A stretch of 63,584 nt of DNA, counting the filler, from Chiloscyllium plagiosum (taxonomy: Eukaryota): assembly GCF_004010195.1 (NCBI RefSeq). It is 6 parts of one record of this genome, joined end to end, with 100 filler letters (N's around TTAATTAATTAA, not from the genome) between each part and the next. Parts side by side here need not be neighbours in the genome. Positions count along the whole stretch, not along the records: positions 1 to 19,597 come from NC_057717.1; positions 19,698 to 26,080 come from NC_057717.1; 4 more parts are not named here. The stretch is one strand, 5' to 3'. Positions 9,918 to 21,244 of this stretch are shown here, in pieces. The position numbers and the translations under genes were made by a program. Under the pieces are notes generated by a model. That model worked only from the letters and a program-made list of their open reading frames with translations, was not told where the DNA came from and searched no databases. The number at the start of each line of letters is the position of its first letter. Within the stretch, counting starts at the first letter, position 1.

Positions 9918-12690
9918 GTCATAGAGATGTACAGCACAGAAACAGAGCCTTCGGTCCAATTCATCCACGCCACCCACATATCCTAACATAATCTCGTCTT
10001 ATTTGCCAGCACTTGGCCCAAATCCCTCTCAATCCTTCCTGTTCATGTACCCATCCAGATGCCTTTTAAATTCAATAATTGTACCAGCATCCACCACTTC
10101 CTCTCGCAGTTCATTCCATACACATGTCACCCTCTGCCTGTAAAGGTTATCCCTTAGGTTCCTTTTATATCTTTTCCCCTCTCATCCTGAATCTAGGCTG
10201 TCCGGTTCTGGGCTCCACTACCTCAGGGAAAAGACCTTTTCTGTTAAACCTATCCATACCTCTCTTATAAACCTCTATATGGTCTCCCCTCAGCCTCAAA
10301 TAGCCCCAGCCCATTCAACCTCTCCCTGTAGCTCAAATCTTCCAATCCTGGCAACATCCCTGTAAATCTTTTCTGAACACTTTCTATTTACACAACATCC
10401 TTCCGATAGGGAGGAGACAAGAATTGCATGCAATATTCCAAAGATGGTTTATCCAATGTCCTGTACAGCCAGAATATGACCTCCCAACTCCTCAACTCAA
10501 TGCTTTGATCAGTAAACGCAACATACCAAACACCTCCTTCACTATCCTATCTACCTGCAACTCCACTTTCAAGGAGCTATGAACCTGCATCCCAAAGATC
10601 CTTTGTTCAGCAACACTTCCTAGAAATATACCATTAAGTGTGTAAGTCCTGCTGAGATTTGCTTTCCCAAAACGTAGCACTTCACATTTATCTAAATTAA
10701 ACTCCATCTGCCACACCTTGGCCCATTGGCCCATCTGATCCAGATCCCGTTGTAATCAGAGGTAACATTCTCCGCTATCCATAACACCTCCAATTTTGGT
10801 GTCATCTGCAAACTTACTAACTACACCTCTTATGTTCACATCCAAATCATTTATATAAATAACAAAAACAGTGGATCCAGCATCGATCTTGTGGCACTCC
10901 ACTGGTCACAGGCACCCAGTCTGAAAAACAACCCTCCACCACCACCCTCTGTCTTCTAGCTTTGAGCCAGTTCTGTATCCAAATGGCTGGTTTTCCCTGT
11001 ATTTCATGAGATTTAACCTTGCTCACCAACCTCCCACGTGGAAACTTTTCAAACACCTTATTGAAGTCCATATCGCTCACACTGACCACTCTGCCCTCGT
11101 CAATCCTTTTTGTTATTTCTTCAAAAACCTCAAACAATTTCTTGAGACATGATTTCCCACGCACAAAGCAATGCTGACTATCCCTAATTAGACACTGCCT
11201 TTCCAAATACATGCAAATCCTGTCCCTCATGATTCCCTCCTTCAACTTGCCCACCACTGATGTAAGGCGAACCAGTCTGTCGTTTACTGGCTTTTCCTTA
11301 CCATCTTGCTTAAATAGTGGCACACGTTAGCCAACCTCAAGTCTTCTGGTACCTCACCTGTGACTATCGATAATAAAAATATTTCAGCACAGGGCACAGC
11401 AATCACTTCCCTAGCTTCCCACAGAGTTCTAGGGTACACCTGATCAGGTCCTGGCAAGGTCCTACGAAGTGTTCCTGAATCAAGAGACCTTGGAGTGCAG
11501 GTTCATAGTTCTTCAAAAGTAGAGTCGCAGGTAGATAGGATAGTGAAGAAGGCATTTGGTATGCATTCCTATATTGGTCAGAGTACTGAGTACAGGAGTT
11601 GGGAGGTCATGTTGTGGCTGTACTGAACATTGGTTAGGCCACTGTTGGAATATTGCATGGCAATTCTGGTCTCCTTCCTATCAGAATGATGTTGTGAAAG
11701 ATTTACAAGGATGTTGCCAGGGATGAAGGATTTGAGCTACAGGGAGAGGCTGAAAAGACTAGGGCTGGTTTCCCTGGAGTGTCGGAGGCTGAGCGGTAAC
11801 CTTATAGAGTTTTACAAAATTATGAGGGGCATGGACAGGATAAATAGACAAAGTGTTTTCCCAAGGGTCGGGGCATCAAGAACTAGAGGGTATGGGTTTA
11901 GGGTGAGCGGGGAAAGATATAAAAGAGACCTAAGGGGCAACTTTTTCACACAGAGGGTGGTACGGACATGGAATGAGCTGCCAGAGGAAGTGGTGGAGGC
12001 TGGTACATTTGCAACATTTAAGAGGCATTTGGATGGGTATATGAATAGGAAGGGTTTGGAGGGATATGGGCCGGGTGCTAGCAGGTGGGACTACGTTCGG
12101 TAGGGATATCTGGTTGGCATAGATGGGTTGGACCGAATGGTCTTTTTCCAGGCTATACATCTCTATGATTCTATGACCTGATAAGGTCCTGGGGATTTAT
12201 CCACCCTTATGCATTTCAAGACATCCAGCACCTCCTCCTTTGTAATATGGACATTTTGCAAGTTGACACCATCTATGTCCCTACATTCTATATCTTCCAT
12301 GTCCTCCTCACAGTAAACACTGATGTAAAACACTTGTTTAGTATCTCCCCATCTCCTGCAGCTCCACGTGCAGGCTGCCTTGTTGATCTTCAAGGGGCCC
12401 TATTCTCTCCCAGTTACCAGTTTGTCCTTTATGTTTTTATAAAAACTCTTGGGATTCTCCTTAACAATAATTATCCAAGCTATCTCGTGCCCCCTTTTCA
12501 CCCTCCTGATTTCCCGCTTTAGTACACTCCTACTGCCTTTATACTCTTCTCAGGATTCACTCTCTCTTTTTCTTCACTGAAACCTCAATTTCTCTCCATA
12601 TCCAGTATTCCGTACACCTATCCACTTTTCCTTTCACCCCAACAGGAATCCTGTACACTGTCTCTGGACTGCCGTTTTCATTTTTAAAGG
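9918..12690 (-). mobile_element. CR1/HER1-type LINE, 3' part of ORF2 (RT), interrupted by a nested copy
   Basis: ORFs 10847-11323 (LTSVVGKL, RGKSCL, SGVPQ), 10492-10734 (WQMEFNLDKCEVL) and 12163-12393 (DKSPGP). The CTCTATGAC tail ends at 9918. Confidence 0.93.
11455..12175 (+). mobile_element. 5'-truncated CR1 copy nested antisense in the previous element
   Basis: ORF 11711-12103 (SYRERLKRLGL..FFTQRVVRTWNELP) and CTCTATGATTCTATG tail. 17-bp TSD ACCTGAT(C/A)AGGTCCTGG at 11438-11454 and 12176-12192. Confidence 0.93.
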
Positions 12691-13189
12691 CTTCCCAATT
12701 CCCAATGATAAACGTTTCATTCTCTCAAAATGGCAACTCCCCAATTCCTGCAAGTCGCGAAACCGCCGCTTGACAATAATGACAAAATAAAGAACTTTCC
12801 AAAGGAAGGCATCGATAAGGTGAGCTCTGGACAGGAACATAGATCTGGAGGTTACCAGATGCACGGAGAGTGCTTTCTACCAGAGCAGCACCAGGTCAGT
12901 CACAAAGACAGAATGGGCAAACAGATTCACATCTGAACTCACATCTCCCAGCCTGGGAACCTGAAACTGTGCACAGCCATTCTGGAGAGTTATGCAGATA
13001 TCAGGAGTATTGCTGTGGCATATAGAGGTTTCAGTAATTTTGAAGGAAGATACTAATAAAGGAGGTTACAGAGGTAAGGAGGATTGTCAGGACTTGAAGA
13101 GGTTTCCCAGTTTACGAGTGTTGGAGGGATTGCAACAGGTTACCAAGACAGGGAGGGTTTAAGATTGAACGATTCTGCAGAAAACCTTT

Positions 13190-13899
13190 ACAGGGAGAAA
13201 TGAAGGATTCTTGACAGTGCGGAGGAACAGAAGAATCTTGGGGTCCACGTCCATTGATCCCTCAAAGCTGGTACTAAAGCTGATAGCCTTGTTTAGAAGG
13301 CGTATGGTGTGTTGGCTTTCATTAGCAGGGGGATTGAATTTAAGAGCTATGAGGTTATGCTGCAGCTTTATCAAGCCCTGGTTAGACAACACTTGGTTTA
13401 TTGCGTTAAATTCTGGTTGCCTCATTATCAGAAAGATGTGGAAGCTTTAGAGAGGGTGCAGAGGAGATTTATCAGGATGCTGCCTGGACTGGAGGGAGAT
13501 CTTACGAAGAATATTTGAGGGAGTTAGGGCTTTTCTCACTGGAATGAAAAAGGATGAGAGGTGATTGCATAGAGGTGAATAAGATGATTTGAGGCGTAGA
13601 TAGAGAGGATAACCACATACTTTTCCCATTGCAAAAATGGAAATGATGAGGTGGCATAAGGTGAAGGTGATTGGAGGAAGGTTTATAGGAGATGTCAGGG
13701 GTGGGTTCTTTACACATCGTGTAGCGGGTGCGTGCAATGCACTGCCAACAGTGGTAACAGAGTCCAATACATTAGGGACATTTAAGCAATTCTTAGATAG
13801 GCAAATGGATAATAGTAAAATGTAGGGTCTGTAGGATAAAAGGTCAGCACAACATTGAGGCCGAAGGGCCTGGGCTGTGCTGTACTGTTCTACGTTCTA
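13190..13899 (+). mobile_element. CR1 3' fragment
   Basis: MLAFISRGIEFKS..LYQALVRQHL.YCVKFW, followed by a GTACTGTTCTACGTTCTA tail. Confidence 0.9.
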
Positions 13900-14529
13900 A
13901 ATAGGGAGGGTCACAATGGCACAAAAGGTTTCAGAAAGCTGGAGAGGATGGGATCTGAATGAAGAGACACAAATAGGAAGGGTTGCTAGGATTGTCGAGG
14001 GTAACAGACACAGCAATGATCTGATCTGGAGCAGACGACCCAGACTGAGAGGGGTGTGAGGACGGGAGGTAGTTTCACAGGGAGCTAGAACCATAGAGCC
14101 TCAAGAGGTTACAGAGCTATAGGGCCTGCAGGAGTTCATGGAGATGGGGAGGTTGGGAGGGATGAAGCAGTTTACAGGCACAAGGATGTTGGTAGGATGG
14201 GATGGTTGGAGACATTTTCACAGATAAGGAAGCATTAGTAACCTCCTGCAGTTTAGTCAAAGCGAGAAGGTTTGTAGGGGAGGGTGGCATTTACACAGAT
14301 ATGGGTGTAAGAGCTGGAGAAGGTTATGGAGATGAGTAGATGGATGGAGAGAGTGGAGGAGCTTGCATTGACAGGGTGGGAGATAGCCACAGGAGGATGT
14401 TACACAGATAGTGAGTCTTTTCAGAACTGGATCAGGTGAGTAACAGGCATTGGAGTGAGTTCTACAGATCCTGACTGCAGCAGGGACCTGAGAGGATTGC
14501 AGGGTCCCCACAGATTGATCGTGTCTTTC

Positions 14530-16380
14530 GGACTGGAAAAAGATATGGATTGATTAAACCCAATGTATGCTGTTTTCTTTTTCCTGAACAGAGCCTCAAT
14601 ATCCCTCAGCAGACAGGAATCCCTAAACCTGCCAGCTTTTCCCTTCACTCTAACAGGGATATACTGGCCCTGGATTCTTGAGATCACACTTTTAAAACCC
14701 TCCCATTTGCCAGTCATTCCTTTTTCTTCAAACAGACTCACCCGGTCGATGGTAATCATCTTGTGGAGGAGCCGGTGTTGGACTGGGGTGGACAATGTTA
14801 AAAATCACACAACACTGCTTCATCAGGTGGTTGTGGAGCACAGTCGTACGGCACAGAATTTATAACAACAGGATAGCAGTGTCATGGAATGTAATATCAA
14901 ACACATTTAGTTTCTGCCTTTCATCTTTTAGGATTATCACCTGCGCTTCAAAAACTGGTGCTTTGAAATAAACCTATTGGACTATAACCTGGTGTTCTGT
15001 GATTTTTAATTCACCCAATCCTGCCTAATGGCCCCAAACCTGTCCCTGCTCCAGTTTCATCTGGGGACCTGTCTGATCCTTTTCCATAACTCTGTTCTCA
15101 CGAAGACAGTTGTGATCACTGGACCCGAAGTGCTCTCTGACCGACACTTCAGTCACTTTCCAGACCTCGTTTTCTGAGGGGAGGTCCAGTGCTGCTCCCG
15201 CCTGCGTAGAGTTAGGCCTTGTTAGAGTTACATCTTGGTTTAGGAAAATTTCTTGGACACATTTGACAAATTGCACTCCATACGGGCCTTTTACTCTGTG
15301 GGTGGCCCAGTCTATCCAGGGGAAGTTAACATCTCCAACCAATATTACATTATTATTTCTATAGGTACCTGCACTCTCTCTATACATCTGCTCCTCTAGT
15401 ATCCGCTGGCTCTTTGGGAATCTGGAACACTGTCCCAACAGAGTCCATCCCTTTTTATTTCTAACTTCTAACCATATGACTTCATTTGAAGATCCCTTAA
15501 GAGTATCCCTTCGAAGCACTGTTGTTCTGCCCTCCCTTATCAAAAGTGCAACTCTCCCATCTCACTCACTCTGTCAGACCTGTAGCTGCTGTATCCTGGA
15601 ACTGTGAGCTGCCAGTCCTGCCCTTCTCTCAGCCATGTTTCTGTTATGGCTATAATATCCCAGTCCCCAAAGCCAATCCATGCTCTGAGATCATCTGCCT
15701 TACCAGTCAGGCCTCGTGTGTTGAAATAAATGCATGTTAAACCAGTAGTCTTTTCCCTCCCTTGACTGTGCCCCAGGATATCCAGAGTAGGAAACTTGTT
15801 CTCAGTGGCTGACGTATTTTTCCCCTGACTGGCCGATGGTATCTCTCTTACTCAGAGTCCCTGCCAACCTAGTTTAAACCCTCCCCAGGTAACACTAACA
15901 AATCTCCCTCGCAGTGATCCTGGTGCCCCTCTGTTTTAAGTCAAACCTGTTCCCCCTTGTACAGGTCACCTCTACCCCAGAAGAGATCTCAATGATCCAA
16001 ACATTACCCCATCCCCCAGCTCCTCAGCCACACATCTATCTAGCCTATCTTTCTATTTCAGTCCTCAACGGGGCAGGTGGCACTAGGAATAATATGTAGA
16101 TCACTTCCCTTGAGGTCGTCCTTTTAAACCTCTCACCTAACTCCTGATACTCATTTCACAGGACCCCATCCCATTGTCTACCACTGTCATGTGGACTGAT
16201 GTGCACAATGACCAATGGCTAATAACCCTCCCCTTCAGAATGTTCATTAACCGCACAGAGACATCCTTGACCCTCGCACCCAGAAGGCAGCACATTATCC
16301 TGGGATGTCTTCTGCAGCCAAAGAATCTCCTGTCTGCCCCCCTCACAACTGAGTCTCCTATCAGTATCACGATCATTAGA
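14530..16380 (-). mobile_element. CR1 5' part: ORF1 esterase and ORF2 endonuclease, degraded
   Basis: 16137-16397 IGDSVVRG..CCLLGARVKDV; 15025-15543 GDVNFPWIDW, LDL, SSDHN. Confidence 0.88.
14745..15010. mobile_element. second PLE family, two partially deleted termini in inverted orientation, inserted in the CR1
   Basis: The minus copy has CACCTGATGAAG..GTGTTGTGTGATTTTTAAC. The plus copy has AATAAACCTATTGGACTATAACCTGGTGTTCTGTGATTTTTAA. TCACCC occurs at both junctions. Confidence 0.65.
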
Positions 16381-16399
16381 GAGGATCTGGCAAACATGG

Positions 16400-19300
16400 A
16401 CTAGGAGGATTATCTGCAGTTGGGTCTATATTTGGAAAGTGGGAGTATGTTAAAGTGATACAGTGAGAATTCAGGGCCAGTGTGTTCCTGCCGAGGGAAC
16501 AGTAAAGGCAGAAAGTCCAGCGAATACTGATCAAGCGACATCGTGAGATTGATAAAGAAAATACAGTGTAATAAAACCAGGCGAAGCCATCCAAAAGTTT
16601 AGGGACTGCAAGGGGGTCTTTAGAAATGAGGGGAAAACAATGGCCATAAAATATCCTTGTCAGATACTATAAAGGAAAAGCCACAAGGTATTTTATCAGT
16701 ATAGTTAGAATAAGAGGATTACTGGGGAAAGAGTGAGGCCTGATAGAAACCAAAGGGACAATCTGTGCATGGAGCCAGAGGAAGTAGGTGAGGTCTTCAA
16801 TGAATACCGTTGGGATGTTGAGGCTCTAGAACATATTAAGATCGATAAAGGGGAGATATTAAATGTTTTCACAGGCATAAAGCTGGAGAAATCCCCAGTG
16901 CCCAATAAAATGTATCCTAGGCTGCTATGGGAGGTAAGGGAGGAGATGGTTGAGGCCCTGGTGGATATATTTAATACTTTGCTGGCCACAGGTGAAGTGT
17001 CAAATGACTGGAGGATATCTAATGTGGGTCCTTTGTTCAAGAATGGCAGCAGGGGTGGCGAGAGGGGAAGGACGTGTGGTGGTGGGTTTTGATTGCATGA
17101 AACATCACAGCAATACTTAGAGAGGACATTCCTGTGGGATCACCCACTGTGTTGGAGGAACTGTGAAATAAGAATGGGTCATCACTTTGATACGAGTGTA
17201 CTGACCCTGAATAATCCATGGCAGACTGAGGAACAAATATGTCGGGAGATCTCAAATAGCAATCATAATAATAAGACTGTTATGGTAGGGGTTTTTAAAC
17301 TTTCCAAATCTAGATTGGCATTGCCACTATTCAATGTTCGGAACAGAGAAATTTCATAATTGCGTTCCAGAAAACTCCCAAACAGTATGTAAATGGCCCA
17401 ACTGGAGAAAGGTGCAAAACCTGACCTCCCCTTGAGAAACAAGGTAGGGAAAGGGACTGAGGTGTTCGTGGGAATGCATTTTGCTAAAGTGACCACAGTC
17501 CTATTAGTTTTGAAAACAGCGATGGAAAAGGACAGGCCTGGTCCACAAGTTCAAGTTATAAAGTGGGGCCAGCCCAATTTTGGTCGGATCAGCCAGGAAC
17601 TTTCAAAAGGTGATTGGGGAGTCTATTTGCAGGGAAAGGGAAGTCTGGCAAGTGAGAATATTTTTAAAATGAGATAAATTGAGCGATCAGCGCCAGCATG
17701 TTCCTGTTTGTGTGCAGGTCAATGCTGACAGCATTCGGAAACACTGGCTGTCTATTGAGGGTCTGGTCAAGGAAAAGGGGCCACATGTCATGTATAGCCA
17801 GCTGGATCAAGGGAATCCCTGAGGATAACAGGAGCTGTAGGAGTATACTTTGGGTGGAAATCAGGAATGCAGAAAGGGGACATGAAATAACTTTGACAGA
17901 GAAAGATAAGGAGAATCCAAAAGTGATTGTATAAATATATTAAGAGCAAAAGAGTAACTCGAGACAAAATAGGGGCCATTAAATATCAATGAGGCTATCA
18001 ATGTGTGGAACTGTAGAATATGGCTAAGACCCGAAACACATTTTGCACTCAAGAACTTACTGTGGGCAAAGACTGGGCAACTCGGGGAACAAGAGTAATA
18101 CGTTAGACCACAATTGGAGTATTCTGCAATTCCAGTCTCCCTGCTATAGGAATGATGTTGTGAAACTTGAAAGGGCTCAGAAAAGATTTACAAGATGTTG
18201 CCAGGGTTGTTGCTGAATAAGCTGGGGTTATTTTCCCTGGAACATCAGAGACTGAGGGGTGACCCTACAGAGATTTATATAAACATGAGGGGCATAGATT
18301 GGGTAAACATTCAAGGTCTTTTCCCAGGGGTTGGGAAAACGAGAGGGCATAGGTTTGAGGTTAGAGGAGAAAGGTTTAAAAGCTTTTAAATGCATATGGT
18401 GATGTGGGTATGGAAAAGCGGAGGGAGAAAGTAACAGAGACTGATACTATGACAACATTTAAATGGTATCTGAATGGGTATATGAATTGTCAGAGTTTAG
18501 CAGTATATGGGTCAAATGCTGATTAATGGGATGGATTTGTTTAGTCTTATGGTCAGCCTAGACGAGTTGGGGACTGAAGGGTCTGTTTCCAAGCTGTACT
18601 TCTCTGCGACTTGAAAAGAGTGCATGTTATAGAAGAGGTGGTGCTGGAGGTTTTAAAACACAAAGGTATGGAAGACCCCAGGACCTGATTAAGTGTATCA
18701 CAGGACATTGTGGAATGCTAGGGAAGAAATTGTGGAGCCACGAGCAAAGGTATTTGTATCATTGACAACCATGTGTGATTGGCTGGAAGGCTGGAGGTTG
18801 GAATCATGGACAGTGAAGGAGGTTTTTTGAGATTACAAAGGGATCTTGATGAAATGGGTGAATGGGCTGAAAAACTGCAGTTGGAATTCAATCTGAATAA
18901 ATGCGAGGTAATGCATTTGGTAAAACAAACAAGGGTAGAGCTTATACAATTAATACATACAATTAATGTAAGGGCCTTGGTTAGTGTTTTAGAGCAGAGG
19001 GACCTCTGGGTTCAAGTACATAATTCTTGAAGTTTGCATCACAGGATGGAATAGACGGTGCTTGGTATGCTTGACTATTGCTCAGTCCATTGAGTGGAGG
19101 ATTTGGGACGTCATGTTGAGATTGTACAGACACTGGTGAGGCCTGTTCTGCAATACTCCATCCAGTACTGGTCGCCCAGTTGTAGGAAGGATATTATTAA
19201 GCTGCAGGGGGTTCAGAAGAGATTTACCAGGATGTTGCTGGGTATGGAAGGCTTGAGTTCTGAAAAATGGCTGGATAGGCCGAGTCTTTTTTCACTGGAA

Positions 19301-19597
19301 CCTGGAGAATGAGAGATGACCTTATGGAAGTTAATGAAAAAGATGAGGGATATAGATAGAGTTAATGGCAGTTGCCTTTTCCCAGAATGGGGGAGTCTCA
19401 AGAAGAGGGGACACATTTTTAAGGCTAGAGGACAGAGATGTTCAAAACAAAAGGATATAAGAGGTAAATTGTTATGCAGAGGGTGGTTTGAGCGTGGAAT
19501 GAACTTCCTGAGGAAGGGGTGGATGTAGATACAGTTTCAACGTTTAAAAGACATTTGGATAAGTACATGAATAGGAAAGGTTTGGAGGGATATGGGC
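16400..19597 (+). mobile_element. mosaic of several degraded CR1 ORF2 and 3'-end fragments
   Basis: KSPVPNKMYPRLLWE (16733-17092), endonuclease remnants (17093-17677), a 3' end at ~18100-18610, and RT LQRDLD..FNLNKCEVMH (18779-19030). Confidence 0.85.
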
Positions 19598-19641
19598 NNN
19601 NNNNNNNNNNNNNNNNNNNNNNNNNNNNNNNNNNNNNNNNN

Positions 19642-19653
19642 TTAATTAATTAA
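19642..19653. other. artificial scaffold linker TTAATTAATTAA inside a 100-bp gap (also 26125-26136, 43732-43743, 48962-48973, 53506-53517)
   Basis: Identical 44N + 12 nt + 44N structure five times; the motif gives stop codons in all six frames. Confidence 0.95.
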
Positions 19654-19697
19654 NNNNNNNNNNNNNNNNNNNNNNNNNNNNNNNNNNNNNNNNNNNN

Positions 19698-19822
19698 TAT
19701 AAATTCTGTATCTTACAACTGTGTACTCCACAAACACCTGATGAAGGAGCAGCTCTCCAAAAGCTAATGCTTCCAATTAAACCTGTTGGATTATGACCTG
19801 GTGTTGTGCGATTTTTAACTTC
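19698..19822 (+). mobile_element. PLE family-2 terminus with hammerhead-like motif
   Basis: CACCTGATGAAGGAGCAGCTCTCCAAAAGCTAATG, followed by AAACCTGTTGGATTATGACCTGGTGTTGTGCG. Confidence 0.7.
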
Positions 19823-20035
19823 ATATTAGAATGCGGATCTCACAATTAAAACAGAGATGAGGAAGCATTTATTGTCTCAGACAGTTCTGCATCTATATTA
19901 TTTCTTGTCGCAGAAGGCTGTTGAGGAAGGGTCATTAGGTGTACTCAGGTTGAGATTGGCAGATCTTCAAGCAGCAAAGACATCAAGTGTTACGGTTCGG
20001 CAAGACAGGAAAAAAACGGGCGTGAGCAATGATCC

Positions 20036-20225
20036 GTTTTGCAGCAAGAACGAGGTGAAAAAGTACAAACTACAGCGTGATGAGGAAAGAATGGGTCAGG
20101 AACACTGGGACGGGAGAGGCTTAATGCTTTGTTTTGCAGCAAGAACGAGGTGAAAAAGTACAAACTACAGCGTGATGAGGAAAGAATGGGTCAGGAACAC
20201 TGGGACGGGAGAGGCTTAATGCTTT
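20036..20225 (+). repeat. perfect 95-bp tandem duplication
   Basis: 20036-20130 is identical to 20131-20225. Confidence 0.95.
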
Positions 20226-21139
20226 CTTTCTTTGCTGTAACTGGACACTGGTGTTGAAGTCTGAAATGGGACAATATCAGCCAAGTGGGTGAAATCTTAC
20301 TTTCTGCTTGTTTTCTCCAGAGGCCTGTGTCACTCTTGGGGGAATGTGTCTGCGTGCCTAAGACTGTGGGTAAAAATGGGATTCACTGCTGCTTCATTCA
20401 GCCACACGGTTATTAGAACGAAACGTCTGTTAATGACATGCGTTTAAAGACTCTTGCAATCATTTCATGTTTATGCTGCATTAATCGGCGATTATTGAAC
20501 CACAGTTTAGATTCAGTCCCTGCAGTTAACTTGCTGACTTCTCCAGTTTTTCATAGTTCAATGTGATGCATCAAGAGTGTGTATAACGAGAGGGAGCTTG
20601 TTTTCCACATCTTTTGTTTATATGTGTCTTATGTCCAGCTTTCACCAATGGCGATAGCAAGGGAAAGGATGAGACCAATGTGTAAGTCTGTCTGTGCCCA
20701 TGCACGGCACCCACATCGGTAATTCTCTACTGTGCATTTACAGCCAGTTATTGGCTCCTACACCCAGCCCCTGCCACTTTTGAAATATCTCCATTGTTTT
20801 GTGCTGTCTCTCTGTGCTCTTTTCACCAAGGTGAATCACTTCTACCCAACCTGCTACAGATTTCATCTGACAAAACACTTATGAAGATTCCCACTGCATA
20901 AACATGCACTTCGCATCTCTCGTTATTTGGTTTTCCTGGATCTCGACTCAGACAAGAAAAGTTCACGGTAATTGCCTTGGAAAAGAAAATGGAGTTCCTT
21001 TTAACTATTCCAATTCAATCTACATTTCAATGCAGTTTAGGCAACAAAGTCAAATTATTCTTTGAAACTTTATAATAGCGTCGATGCATATAAACACACG
21101 ATTGGAGTTCCAATTTCAATAAGACAGATGTGATCATCC

Positions 21140-21159
21140 AAAAACAGCAACATTGAAAA
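21140..21159 (-). terminator. RNA polymerase III terminator T-runs of the tRNA gene
   Basis: On the minus strand, TTTT lies 3 nt after the tRNA 3' end and TTTTT lies ~19 nt after it. Confidence 0.65.
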
Positions 21160-21162
21160 CAG

Positions 21163-21244
21163 CGACGAGAGTGGGATTCGAACCCACGCGTGCAGAGCAC
21201 AATGGATTAGCAGTCCATCGCCTTAACCTCTCGGCCACCTCGTC
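21163..21244 (-). tRNA. tRNA-Ser, anticodon GCT (82 nt, long variable arm, no intron)
   Basis: Reverse complement GACGAGGTGGCCGAGAGGTTAAGGCGATGGACTGCTAATCCATTGTGCTCTGCACGCGTGGGTTCGAATCCCACTCTCGTCG. The stems pair, the discriminator is G, and it is nearly identical to vertebrate tRNA-Ser-GCT as I recall it. Confidence 0.97.

Noticed and set aside
20172..20264. GTGATGA...CTGA as a C/D box snoRNA
   Set aside because: No terminal stem or recognisable rRNA guide; likely a chance match.
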